Part shown: positions 25,523-38,449 of the stretch, one piece after another
Numbering within the stretch: the stretch's first letter is position 1
Layout: every line of letters starts with the position of its first letter
DNA from: Camelus dromedarius
Lineage: Eukaryota
Direction of reading: 5' to 3'
DNA length: 64,000 nt
Assembly (NCBI RefSeq): GCF_036321535.1
Contig: NC_087437.1
Location: 97,094,001 to 97,158,000, forward strand
Made by a program: the position numbers and the translations under genes
Notes under the pieces: generated by a model
Told to the model about the DNA's origin: nothing
What the model saw: the letters and a program-made list of their open reading frames with translations, nothing else
Databases searched by the model: none

Positions 25523-26896
25523 AACTAAATTTCATATATAGAATCATACTGAATTAAATTTGTATAAAGCTAAGTAATGTCCAACAACTAGATTTCTGAT
25601 GGAAGAAAGAAGTATTTTCCAGTTTATGTTATTTATATATAACTTTGCAGATGGACTACCCTCAGTTTGTTGAGAAGTTGGAACTGTTTTACTTGGAACC
25701 TCAAGATACATCCAACTGGACCGTGATACCACATTTACAGTAAGACTGCAGATAAGAACTTAGCCATTGTCACTCACTTCACTTTGTGAAAAGTCAGGAC
25801 AACAATAATAACAAAAATAACTTCGTCTGATATATGTACTTTTAAATCACCCTAAATCCCTCTCAGAATATAGAAAGAGACTGCTTTTATAATTCAATGA
25901 ATCTTGCCTAATCCAAAAGATTTAAATTGGATAGTAAGTAATTAATTATATGTATAGATCTCACCAATGTATTAGTAGGTGAAACCAGGCATTATTTTGA
26001 AAGAATAAAAAATTTAAAATAAAACTACACTTTTTGAAGAAATATAATAGGGTACATTAGAATACACAAAACAGACTCAAGAAGAAAAATCAGCTTAATC
26101 TTGCATAATTGAAATCATTTTCTACTATGGATTTCAATTTATGAAAGTAGAAAGATATTTTGCAGGAATATATTTCACTAGAGTCAAAATTAAGGCTATA
26201 ACTGAACACAATTAGAACATAAAAAATTAACAATGTTAGAAACATTAATGGGAGGGCTACTGAAGACAGCACACATAATTCTTAAGGCTCATTTCAATTT
26301 CACCAGTAATTACTTATAAGCCTTATCTTAAGAAAACTTTCACATTTTCAAAGGACAATGTATATCACTTTGACAGAAACATGAAAAACTCTTTTGTCTA
26401 AAACTTAGGTGATGAGTTAACTGACAACAGATGTGAAGCATTAAGATTTTCTACAGTCACATCTAAGTTGGGCCTTTATTTGTCCTATATAGATAAAAAT
26501 AGACAAATTTAATTATCCTTCGCATTTCAGGACGTAAACTGTACACATCTGTTGCACAATCATTCTACAAGGCGAGGTGCCCTGAAAGAGATCTAAGTAT
26601 CCACTTAAATTGTGTCTCTCTGCCATCGACTTCTGTAATGGCAACATTGAACAGAAATAGCAGATGGATAAGTTCAATACACAGCATGTGGAAGGAAAAT
26701 CTAGTTTGTTGGGTTTCCTTTCCCACGTTACTGTAGACCTGACCCGACACCCACTCAGTGTGTGGGATATGACGGATGGCATCACTTGCCCATGAACTTC
26801 AGACAGATAGAACTGCGCCACTGTGTGTGGAAGAGGCTGAACCAGAAATGAAAGACATTGCTTGAGGGTGACAGCAAATCCTTTTAAACTAATTAA

Positions 26897-27118
26897 GTAG
26901 CTAATGTTTTCTGAGTTTTTACTATGTCCTGACCACTCTTCTAAGAGCTTTCTGTCTTTTAACTAATCTAATTGTCACCTTAGCACTGTGAGGTTGCTTA
27001 AAGATGAACAGAAGCACAGCAGCTTGAATCATTTACCTGCAGTGACTCAGCTATTACACAGTAAAACTGGGATTTGAATCCAAAAGGTATGACTCTCGAG
27101 TCCACGTCTTTCCTCACA
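26897..27118 (-). mobile_element. MIR SINE
   Basis: GTAGCTAATGTTTTCTGAGTTTTTACTATGTCCTG...CTGGGATTTGAATCCAAAAGGTATGACTCTCGAGTCCAC. Confidence 0.75.
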
Positions 27119-28064
27119 GTGTGCCACACAGTGTCCACACAGTGTCTGGAGTGGACACTACAGTCTGGTAAAGTCAACAACTATGTGGACAGAACCATTC
27201 TATAAATATGGCTATTTTAAACTACATTAACTCATCTTTATACATATAAAAGTGTAGACATCTATGTAGAAAATATACTTGCATTTAAAAAAAAAAGAAA
27301 TGGCCAAAGAAAAAATTTTAAAAGCATACTTAGATAATACAACAAAACTCTAGTCAAAACAGATTTAGTTTAATATAAATCAATCACTAAATAAATTATC
27401 TTTGACTTTCAAAGTAGATATATTCCTCCCCTTTTTAAAAGAGTAAATATAGATAGATCAATGCAGAGAAAAAGAAGCCTTTAAAGATCATGGATTTTAG
27501 ATCCTTACCAACACCTTTTACTAAGAACTGACATTTGAACTGAATTCTGAAGGATGACTTATTTTCCAGATGGATAAAAATGGGCAGAATGTTGGTAAAT
27601 AGCTACTGACTCTTTAGGTATAAAGATACTAATCATAATCATTCTCAAAAAGTTGAACTCAGTCTAGTCTGTGAAATGTGCTTGTGTCAGTGTCTGTAGG
27701 TGGGTGTGGGCTATTATGAAAATGAGATTTTTAAACATCTTGTATACAGTGCTAGGAAAGTTGGATTTTCTTCCCCCCATCATAAGCAGTGGGAATATTA
27801 TTAGAAGGAAATAAAGAGAATGTGTTCAGATTTTTTTTCCTCATGATTATTCTAGCATCTTTTCTGAAGACAGATTGAGGGGAATGGAAGACTGATAGAA
27901 AAAATGAAAAGAAAAAATATTTTTATAGAAAGATAGAGGGAATAGACAAGGTAATTTATGAGTGCTTAATAATAATAGCAGGGATAAGGAAAAAAAGATG
28001 GTCCAGATTCAAAGAAGCTTTATGGTATAATTAAGAGGATGTGGTGATGATTAACCATGATGGT

Positions 28065-28280
28065 GATGATAATAAGTTGACATAATAAATGATCAATGTT
28101 AGGCATTCTATTTCTCCTAACAACCATATGAGATAGCTATTTCTACTATCAATACCATTTTCACAGATGAGATACACAGGTTAAATAAGTCTCCATGATT
28201 TTAGACCTGGCAAATGGCAGTGCTAAAATCTCAATGCAGACGATTTGTCTCTGAGCCTGCACTCCTTACCACAATGCTAG
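28065..28280 (-). mobile_element. MIR SINE nested in L2
   Basis: CTCCTAACAACCATATGAGATAGCTA...CCATTTTCACAGATGAG...CTGAGCCTGCACTCCTTACCAC. Confidence 0.75.
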
Positions 28281-28367
28281 TTTCTATCCTTTGTTAGATG
28301 TGGGAGTAAGAGAAAGAGATGTCTAGGCTTCTTTTGTTTAAAATACAGAATAAATGATGAGGTCCAG

Positions 28368-28592
28368 TGGCTTCTTGCTGTGTCATTGCAAGGTCTCTCC
28401 TCTGTGCATGCACATCCCTAGTCTCTTTTCTTCTTCTTACAAGGACACCAATCCTACAGGATGAGATTCCTATCCTTATGACCTCATTTAATCTTAATTA
28501 TCTCTTTAAAGACCTTATCTCCACATGCAGTCACATTGGAGGTTAGGGCTCCAACACAGGAAATTTTAGGGAACACAGTTCAGTATGCAATT
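28368..28592 (-). mobile_element. MLT1 (MLT1A/B-like) LTR half, nested in L2
   Basis: TCTTCTTACAAGGACACCAATCCTA...TATGACCTCATTTAATCTTAATTATCTCTTTAAAGACCTTATCTCC...GTTAGGGCTCCAACACAGGAAATTTT. Confidence 0.85.
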
Positions 28593-29601
28593 ATCACTGT
28601 GGAACAATTAGATTAGTTAGTTTCATACAGACTTAGAAGTACAATATAGATAGGGAAAACTAGAGCTAGATTTAGATTTATGAATTATCAGCAGTTGAAA
28701 TTATGGACGATACCACCCAAGAAGAATGTGACGTGGGAAGTTAATCAGAACAAACACGAAATCCTGAGAAACAACATTTCAGAAGTAAGGACAAAAAGAG
28801 AAGAAAGCAAAGGAGAACGAGATGTAGAAGGAAAATTAAGATAAATCTATGGCAGGGAAAGTAAATTTAATGACTTGTGAAACTGTCCAGCTCCAAATAG
28901 TATATAGAAGTCAAGTACAATAAGAATAGAAAATGTCATATAATTTGGTATTTGGAAAACTTAAGTGAGTTCAGCAAGTGTATTATCAATAGAGTGGTTA
29001 GAGGAAAAGGAAGATGGTATTGGACAGAGTGGTAACTAGGAGTTGAGGATGTGGACCCAGTAAATGTGGACTATGTTTTCAAGACCTTTGGCAGTGAAAG
29101 GAAATACAAATAGAAGCAGCTTGAAGAAGTAGAGAGAAAGTGAGCTGATCCTAGCCATGAAAGCTGGTCCTGACTCATGTTGAGAGTGAATGAAGGCTGG
29201 AACTCAGCCTTAGGTTACTTTTCCTTAGGCTTTCCATTCAGCCAGAAAACAGCAATGCAGAGATACACGTACAGATGGTCAAAAGATCCAGCGAGTCAAT
29301 GCATCTTCCCTGTGATGGACTCAATACCTGATATAGAGTGAAGAATCTGCCAGGTAAGAGGACCCAGGGCCTAGATTCACTGTCCTTGCAGGTTGAGGCT
29401 GAAAGGAGTGCCTGGGGGTGGGGGTGGGGGGATGTGGAGGGGAACTTCAGGACAGAAAGGTCCACTTTATTTCTATATAAGAAGTAAGTGCTTATCACCA
29501 TTATACTCTTCTGAATTCCTGGGCCCTACAAGAAATTCTGAAGCAGTGGAACTGGCATTGGCCTAGCATACAAGCAAAATATTTATTTTATTACACTTTT
29601 T

Positions 29602-29665
29602 AAAAAATTGAAGTATAGTCAGTTACAGTATATTGATTTCTGGTGTACAGCATAATGTCCCAGCC
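29602..29665 (-). mobile_element. Ultra-short L1 3' terminus
   Basis: ATTGAAGTATAGTCAGTTACA...TTTCTGGTGTACAGCATAATGTC is the reverse of an artiodactyl L1 tail. TSD TATTACACTTTTT (29589-29601) / TATTTCACTTTTT (29666-29678). Confidence 0.75.
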
Positions 29666-31097
29666 TATTTCACTTTTTTTGAAGTAGAAAACTAACTTGA
29701 ACATGGTTAGAGATCGAAAAGAAAATGGGGTTAGAGAAAAAGAGATTAAAATATAGCAGAGGAAAAGAATAATCTTCAATGAGGTCCTGAGAAGATGGGT
29801 GGAGATGAGATTTGGCACTCAGGTGGGCAATTTAACTTTAGAAAAGAGGGAAGAAGGACGAAGTCATTAGGAGAGAAGGGGAGTTGAGAAAATTCACAAC
29901 TTCTGGTCTTCGACTTCTCAAGAAGACGGTGGCACAATAATCCCGGAGATAGTATCAGTGGGCAATAAATGAAGTGGCTCGTGGAGACTGGAGGTGATCT
30001 GGGACAAAGTTCTGGAAATGATCAAGGCAGGAAAATAATGATAAAGGGGAAACCAAAACCACAAATAGTGAGAACCCCTGGTTTCCAATTCTAAATGTGT
30101 CAATCTCTTAACACGTCCCCAACTACCCACACCTGGGTCTGAAATCATCTCCTCCAGGGAGGCTGTGGTTCTCCTACACACTCCACAGTGTTGGTGGGAT
30201 GCCACACAGCCCTGGACTCCCTGGCTTTTCTCCTCCTCCCTATTTGCTTGCTGAAGGCTGGGAGCTCTCCTAAGCCAGAGCCTGCCTGGTCTTGATATAA
30301 CTGGCCTCTTTCATAGGCCTTCTCTGGCATAGAACAGGACATCACCTAAGTGGATGAAATGACTGAATAAATAAATGAAACACTCACCTCTTCAACAAAT
30401 TAAAGGATTTAATGTGTTTTAGAGAAGTGGGAGAATTAATACTGGCAATAAGACTGGCCAGGAAATTAGAAGATTTGAAAATTTCTATCCAGTTTAGTTG
30501 GAGAAGGATAAAGCATAGCTGTGTCATAAATTTTCTCATAATGTTTGACAAAGATCTTAAATAGAAACTAATTTAAACAGATTAGATTTTGAACTCTTTG
30601 AAAACAGGATGTCTTATTTATTTAGTGTAACAAACAATAAGAATTTACTCAGTAATTATTTGTTGAAGGAAGGAATCCCAAAACTTAAACTAACCCCAGG
30701 TCCAGGAATAGAATAGACATTTATATATAATTTTAAAACTAAGCTAGATGGAAAGTTGAATAAAACAGTAAAGATAATGAAATTTCTCATTTTTCTATTC
30801 ATTATGGCAGATTCCATGGTCTTTCTTTGTATTTCAAAATTCAAAGAAAATAAGGAAAATGACAAGGGAGCGGTAGGATTCACTTCATGGACTTGCTTTG
30901 AGACCCCTACGTAATGTTTAACCTTTTCTTGAAAGAAAGTTTCACATATGAAGGATTGATCTTAAGAATTAAAATTAGTTCAGTCTTTGGGTGGTAACTA
31001 TGGGATTTTTCATTTTCCCATGTTGTTTACCTGTATGCCCTAGTATTTCTGAAATGGAAGTAGTCTGATAGTAAGAAGTTGTTTAAGATGTGTAAAT

Positions 31098-31205
31098 GGT
31101 AGGGTGGGTGGTAGAGGGAGTAATAGCTCAGTGGTACAGCATGTGCTTACCATGCACGAAGTCCTGGGTTCAATCCCCAGTACCTCTATTAAAAAAAAAA
31201 AAAAA
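31098..31205 (+). mobile_element. Camelid tRNA(Ala)-derived SINE (Vic-1-like), short form
   Basis: TAGCTCAGTGGTA (A box), ATGTGCTTACCATGCACGAAGTCCTGGGTTCAATCCCCAGTACCTC (B box), poly-A tail, and an imperfect TSD ending TGTAAAT. Confidence 0.88.
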
Positions 31206-32685
31206 GTTTGTAAATTATCGAACAGCTGGGATAAGGTACGTAGATTCAGTTAAACCATATCACTGCTGAATTCATAAAAATGCAATGACTCCCTTTCACC
31301 TGTTGCATTCAGTTCAAACTCTCTTACTTCGGTCCAGTTCCACCCTCACTATCGACTTCTGTTTCTTGTACATTCACCCGGCACGACTTTGCTCCAGTTA
31401 CCACGTGAAGCTCTCATTACCCTCTGTAGTCTCCGCATCCAGAAACCATTTCACTTGGTCTCTGATCCATGTTCTTCCCCTTCTTTAAGGTCCTGGAGTT
31501 CCCAGTTGAGTCCCATCTCTTCCAAAAAACTTTTTTTTTTTTTTTTTGGTTCCTTTTGCACACTTCACTTTGTCACAGAATGTCATTTTAGGTGAATAAG
31601 TACCATGAGAGCTTATGCTGCATTCTTAGCGTGTCGTTTAAAAGGGAAATATCTATATTAAAAATCTTGGCTGAAATGCAAGGTTAGCTGCTCCCCAGCA
31701 GGGTCCAAAAACTGGGTACAGATCTCCTCAGGTGTATTCAATTTTTTATGATGCTTTTCATTACAGTTGGGCATTTGCTTGGATGCCTTACACCAAATGC
31801 TTCTCTTTTCTCACCGAGACACAGTTCTCTTATCCTCTTCTGGATCGTTGGCCTGATAACTGAAACTCTGTCAGGAAATTCTTGTTGGTTAAATTTTAAT
31901 GCTGTAAGCTTTCTGACATATGAAAGTAGAAAAGCCTTAATAAAGAAGGCTGAGGATAGGCAAATCCTGTTACTGTCTGACCTACTAGTCTATATTTAGA
32001 CTTTTTTTCATAGACTATTTCTAGTAGAATTCCTTTACTTCACATTGTTTGAACAAGGAACAAAACCAGGCAATTCTAGGTTATTTTAAAGGCTTGGCTA
32101 TCTCCATTTTTATACTTACTACTCAGATAGGATGAGTAATACAACACAAACATTTTTGCATCAGGGGAAAAAAAAGTCTGTAGAAACAGCCACTTGATTT
32201 ATTTAGTCTTCAATTGTGTGGCCTCCTATCTATGAATAAAACAAAATGCAGTATTTTCATTAACAGCACCTTGGCACCTTACCAGATCTAGCGTGAACAT
32301 TAAAAGGTAAAAGATTGGTTTTCCCATAAAGGAGCTCACACTTCCACGGGTGGCACAGGTTTTACGCACGTCCTACGTCAGACAATCTATCAAAACAACA
32401 GTTTAGCAGTGGTATGTGATATGGGTAACAGATGCCTGCTTTAAAGTGGCAAAGAAGATTCACATTATTCATTTAAAAAAAAGTATAGATGAAAAATTTT
32501 AAAACTGTTTTTCGGTACACATTATAATCTCACTGGACACTACAGGAATCGCTTCCTTGCAAAGAAAAGGGAGAGGAATCAAGTAGCTTTGGAAACTGCT
32601 GTCCTTCTATGAGCTTGTACACAAGTGAGCCAAAATCTTTTCTTTTCTATGTACATACACTCACCCATATGTGCATGAATGTAGG

Positions 32686-32713
32686 GTGCGTGTGTGTGTG
32701 TGTGTGCGTGTGT
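32686..32713. repeat. (TG)n microsatellite
   Basis: GTGCGTGTGTGTGTGTGTGTGCGTGTGT. Confidence 0.9.
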
Positions 32714-33899
32714 TTATGATTTCCCCTCTTAGCCCTTTGGTTTAGTTTTGCTTATGTCTGGGTGATACACTTCTGTATTCTTAACCTATTAAGTATGAAA
32801 TAAAATATTAACCTGGTGTGTGTCTCTCTTGAGGGAGCTGTGAGTGCTTTTCACTCCCCAACCTGTTGCACATCCTCAAAAGAAAGGTACTTCATAAGAG
32901 CAAATAATAATTTATTTTAGCCTATTTTAAAAGACTGCTTTTATTCCAAATACCACAGGTATTTTGAGTTGGGACGTTATCTTCAAAGAAGTAGAAGAGA
33001 GCTTCTCGAATTCACGTTGTCTGGCAGGCACGGTATCTAATCCTCACATCCCAGCAAGTTGGCATTTCTCTACACCCATGTCTAAATTTTGTGACATCTG
33101 CACGGGCTAAAGAGATTTATGCCTTAAAAATATTTTATTTGAAAGCATGCATAAATTTAAAAGCATGGAAATGCATTATTTAATACTTTTCCCTCTGATG
33201 AAATCCTCTTTTAGTAGATGCTGAATATTTCTTTAAAACATTATTTATTATAGAACAAGATGAAAGTGACTGGGTATCTTCCAGACGAATAAGATGGATT
33301 ATTTTCTTTCAACTCACATCTCACATTTTCAATAGCTTCTTATTTTCTCAACTCTATGTTGCATTTTAAAAAATCACTTCAACTATGTCTTTATTCTAAG
33401 CATCTAATATAAACAATGACCCCACTAGTCTCAAAGCTTATAATGATGTTCAGGGGGATGGAATAATATTTATTGGCTTTCTTTCTCAGAATGATCGATG
33501 TAGAAGTTTTTTCTTTCAGTTTTATTGGAGCACAGGGGCCTCCTTGCTCATAATATGCAACTTTTTAATGAAAGAGATATGTCACTTTTTCACATGTCAG
33601 TCATGTCACAAGAATTACTTTGAGTTGCTAGAACAGTTGCCTAATTTGAGAAGAGGAAAATCACCTGTCACACTGACAGAGCAGGATAAGTGGTAAGGTC
33701 ACGATGGCACGTTTTACTTAGAGGATAGATCGTCTATCACTGGTAGAAAGTTAACAAATTACCGGAAAACCTTTAAGGACAAATTGTTGATATTTTCCTC
33801 ATACCCAGGTACAGTTGAAGGCATAGACAGTTACAACCATGTTTAATATAAGTGGCTGGTTTCCCACTCAGGTGATGATGGTGAGCTTGCCTGAGCAAC

Positions 33900-34266
33900 T
33901 GTTACAGACTGAATGTTTGTGTCTCCCCAAAATGCGTATGTTGAAATTCAATCACTAATGTGTTGGTGTTGGTAGGTGAGGCCTTTGGGAGGTGATTAGC
34001 TCATGAGAGTGGAGCCCTCCTGAATGAGATCAGGGCCCTTGTAGGAAGTGGACAGAGGACAGAGAGCTAGCTCCTCCCTTTCCTGCTACGTGAGAACCCG
34101 AGGAGAAGTCAGCCTTCTGCAACCCAGACGAGGGCTCCCACCAGAACTCGACCATGCTGGCACCTTGATCTTAGACTTCCAGCTTCCAGAACTATTGGCA
34201 AACAAATTTCTGTTATTAGTAAGTCACCTGGTGTATAGTATTTTGTTACAGCAGCTGATTAATATA
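33900..34266 (+). mobile_element. MaLR solo LTR (MLT1A0-like)
   Basis: TGTTACAGACTGAATGTTTGTGTCTCCCCAAAA...GACCATGCTGGCACCTTGATCTTAGACTTCCAGCTTCCAGAACT...TTTTGTTACAGCAGC; 5-bp TSD GCAAC/GCAGC. Confidence 0.92.
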
Positions 34267-34595
34267 GCAGCTTACAAAAGCAAGCTTGTGCAATAATAGA
34301 TTCAGTGTTATGCAGGCTGCTAGGGAGACACATCGTGACTAAACTGGGTTACAGCATGGTGTTTTGTGATTGTTTGTTTTCAATTAATTCAGAAATCAGG
34401 TCATGGCTCTTTTCGACAAAATAGGGGGTTATAAATTCAGTATTTGGCAATGAGGCAAAGAAACAGATGGCTGGAAAGAAGAGAACAGAATAAAGGGCCT
34501 ACTAGAGAGAAGAAGGTAGTGGAACGGGACAGTGAATGTAGGCAAAGCCGTGTCTGGTTTAAGTGAAGTCAGGAGAAGGAAACATGCTTTATCTG

Positions 34596-34843
34596 CTAAG
34601 AGCTTGGGTTCCAGTTTTAGAGATAATTGAGTTTATCTCCTGCTTGGACTCTTACTAGATATGTGACCTTGGGCAAAGGACTTATCTTCTTTGATCCTCA
34701 GTTTCCTCATCTGTAAAATGGGCATTATGATAAACCTGACTTGGGAGTTGGGAGAATTAAATATAATAATGGAGGTAAAATGCTCTACCTAGTCCAATGT
34801 GTAAAATGCTTTCAGTGAATGCTAGCTTTAATGATTACTATTA
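34596..34843 (+). mobile_element. MIR SINE
   Basis: Core TGTGACCTTGGGCAAAGGACTTATC...CCTCAGTTTCCTCATCTGTAAAATGGG. Confidence 0.9.
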
Positions 34844-35013
34844 AAACAAAACTTAAGCATTTGAAGATACAAAAGTTAAGAAAATAGTGGGCCTTTTCCC
34901 AACAAATAGCACTAAAAACCCTGAAACAATATATAAACACTTCATTGGACCCACCGCTGTATAACTCAGTTGACTAGACAAGCACATGCTTAGGATACCA
35001 AAAAAGAAACAGC

Positions 35014-35048
35014 ACAAACAAAACAAAACAAAACAAAAACCAAAACAA
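35014..35048. repeat. (CAAAA)n microsatellite
   Basis: CAAACAAAACAAAACAAAACAAAAACCAAAACAA. Confidence 0.85.
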
Positions 35049-36279
35049 GATCAGAAAGGCTATGGAGCAGCTGTGTTCCCTTTTTCATGAGGCAAGTTTT
35101 GTGTAGTATCTTAAAATAAAATCAAATGATAAATTAGTCTATTAACATGTATACTTAGAAAATGTAATATTTTTAATATTTATGTCTTCTAAAGAATTGG
35201 GCTTCAATGGGATAAGAATAGCAGAATATACCAAAAGGTATCCACTGCACCTAAAAGAAGAGAAATTCGAACCAAAGTCCCTTAGTAAGAGGAAGTGAAG
35301 AATGCTGTTATCAGAAGCTCACACTAAAACATCCGTGGCATGCTATATATACATTTGGTTCAAAAAATAATACAGTTCTCATTTCAGAGTAAACTTTCAT
35401 TCATTCTCAATGGATCCTTTTATCATTTTCATAATGTCTCAAGTTTAAGAACCCCCTTGATATATACCTAATTTGCAAAAAGCAAACAAAAAAGACCTAT
35501 TTTGTATTCATTAGAATTCTTAAGTTTCATTACCTTATTTGCTACAAAGAACCAAGTTCTATTGGGAGGTAAAACTTCCTACTTTAACAATTATTTATTC
35601 TCTTAGTATAAATGAATTTATAAGCTTCTGTAATGAAGAAAGAGTAGAGCATAGACATGAGGAATACATGCAAGGGAAATGGAGACTTTTCATGTGGGAA
35701 GGGCAGTGCCCCTAAAGGGGAATGAAAGTAAAGAGGAAGACTCAAGGTACTTTACAGTAATCCCCTAGGCCAGCCTTATTACTATCTTAATTCACGCAGC
35801 AGGACAACCTTTTTTGGAATAGTATCTGCTATATATTTTATTTCTTAATAATTATCGTTTTTTAAAGCTCTCTACCCCTTGGAAGCATGTGCACTTATTT
35901 CATTGGAGGCAGGGTGAATAGAGCCTAGGAAAAAAATCCAAAATGAGTTTCAATTATTTAAATAGGGCTTTGCATGTGCCAAAACTAAGGACTGTTTTCA
36001 TGTGCAAGAGCCAAGTCCTTGAGAAGAAAAGAGGTTTTCAGATATCTGAACTCTATGGAGGTTGACTATAAAGAAAATTTTCATGAGAAAGTGGGGAAGA
36101 AGCCAAGACACGACATAAGGAAGTGACCAGAATGACCAAGTAAGTCAGATATATCGGTGCAGCATTTTCAGGCAGTAACAGGGCCCTGGAATGGTGTTTC
36201 TAGTTATCTGAAGCCCAGATGTGCAATGGGTGAAATCTAGATTACAGTGTTGTCTGCCAGGTAATCATCAGAACAGTCT

Positions 36280-37157
36280 GTTAGCTCTGCATTCAGAATA
36301 TTCAGTATCTGAACCCTTCAATTTTACCTACCTGGTCTAAGCTACTGTCATCCCTCCCTGGGTTATTGCAATTTTTCTTAACTGTGACCCTCTTGCTATT
36401 CTTCCTATCCCCTGGTACACACGCCACCCAGAATATTAGCCACAGAGCTTCTGTTAAAGGTAAGTCATATCAGGTCACTCCTCTGCTCAAAACTCTCCAA
36501 TGGTACCCCATTTATCTCAGACTAAAACCTGAGGTCTTGCATTTACTAACATATTTCCTCTGACTTGAACAATGCCTGGAACCTAGTAGGAAGTCACTAG
36601 ATATTTGTTGGATGAGTTAAAAATGAATAAATAAAATCCTATCTCATTGGAAGTAAACACTAGTTCTTTTGGTTGGCTATGAAGCTCTAAAGTTCTGTTC
36701 CCCACACCCCCATTGCTTCTCTAACCACTGTCTTTTTCCCTCCTTCTAGCTGGACAGAGTATCCCCCAAACTTAGCAAGCACATTTGCCTTAGGGCTGGA
36801 AGACTGGCCATTCCGCCTGCCTGAAATGATCTTTCACAAGATAGCTGCGTGGATCCCTCACTGTCTGTCTTTGCTAAAGGCTTTGTGAATCCTTCCCTGA
36901 CTGTCTTATTTAAAATTATAATACCCACGCATCTTTATTTTCTGCTTTATTTTCTACATAATATTTATTATTATTTAATGTGCTATATATTTTACTCTTT
37001 AATAAATTATCCTCCATCTTCCAATCTTAAGTGTCTGGATAGTGGGTATTTTAATCTCATTGATTACATTCCTTTTCTCTCAATGCCTAGAATGGTGGTC
37101 TCTGGAATAAAGTAGGCACTCAAAAAGCATCTGCTGATTTAATGAGTGAATCAATTA
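36280..37157 (+). mobile_element. L2 3' region with a second L2 tail embedded at about 36560-36635
   Basis: TCAGGTCACTCCTCTGCTCAAAACTCTCCAATGG; internal tail TGCCTGGAACCTAGTAGGAAGTCACTAGATATTTGTTGGATGA; terminal tail AGTAGGCACTCAAAAAGCATCTGCTGATTTAATGAGTGAAT. Confidence 0.8.
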
Positions 37158-38449
37158 ATAGTATGAAGAAGGTGAGGTTTGGGCTACTAAGGAGCAGAGG
37201 ATGGAAAATAATAAATTAGGAACTCTACAAGATAGAATAGAAATAAATATACTGAGATAATACTCTGAATGTTGCTGTTAATGGGCTATATCACCTTAAA
37301 ATACTTTTTGTACTTCTACCTTTTTAATTTCAATTTTTCAACTGCAAATAAAAGTTAAATAATATGTTCTACAAGATCTTTTGCATCTCTGATTTTTAAG
37401 AAAAAATTTCCATAATAGATTCTATAATCCATTTTCTGTTCATTTTGAAAAATAGATATTTATAATTATTTAAGTCTCTATGTATCTATTTGAGTCTGGA
37501 TTTTGTCAGATTTACACACAATGTAGCATTTATTTAAAGTTTTTTCCCTGAATAGAAACAATTACAAAAAACTTTATAATTTTTGCCATTAGGTTTTCCA
37601 AAGCGATGATGACATGAAAGAGAAGAATACAAGTCCACGCACATGTACAGCTGATTTTTATCAGAAAAAAATACAAAGCAATCTCTTCTTCCAGGCACTT
37701 TTCCCCAGCTGGTCTAAGAACATATATCATCACAGCTTCTAAATTTTAATTTACAGGCAACAAACATGGTAGTTTTATAGTCTTCTGGCCATTGCAAAAT
37801 CACTGATTGCAAGGCCTGCCTCCTCAGAAACTAATCAAAAGCTGACACATTCTGTTAACTTCCTATTATACATTCACAACATCATCTTTCAATTCAATGT
37901 CATAAAGAATTTATGTAGGACATTAATCATGCAAGACCACTAAATTGTTCTCATTTCAGTGATAATTGTTTACTCCTTTAAATGGTTTGTGTTGAGGTCC
38001 AGCAATTCAACTAAATAAAATATATCTTCCACTCACCCTGGGCTAAGAGAGAAAATTAACCTATAGAGAGAACACAACAAACTGAATGTATTTTATGATT
38101 AGTAGAAAAACTGAAATTTTGTAGTGCTCTTCTTTTTTTAATGACAAATATCCAATGGCATCAAGGATAATTTTGTGGCCTCCAATAAAAGGAATCATGA
38201 AAAACAAAATAAAACAAAACAACCAAACCATGTTTAATCAGCAACCATATTAAAAAAAAAAAAAAACCCCTCCTTAATATCTACACGACATGGCTGACTG
38301 TCAAATCAACTGAAATACCCTGCAAATGAAAACTCAGTATACCTTGCTAGTCAATGAAGCTAAACCTAATCAAAGCTGTGTCAATCATTTGCTGGGAACA
38401 AAAGAAATGAAAATCTAATGGTAAATTATTCAGTAATGTCTGGTGAAAT

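Larger units (their letters stand above)
27510..30040 (-). mobile_element. Long fragmented L2 carrying several later insertions
   Basis: Purine-rich reverse-L2 landmarks: TGACATTTGAACTGAATTCTGAAGGATGA, AAGTCAAGTACAATAAGAATAGAAAATGTC, GTGGACTATGTTTTCAAGACCTTTGGCAGTGAAAGGAA, GAGGTCCTGAGAAGATGGGTGGAGATG. Confidence 0.65.

Noticed and set aside
31116..31190. tRNA-Ala gene
   Set aside because: It has a poly-A tail, a TSD, a decayed anticodon arm and a related diverged copy at 55035-55179, so it is a tRNA-derived SINE.
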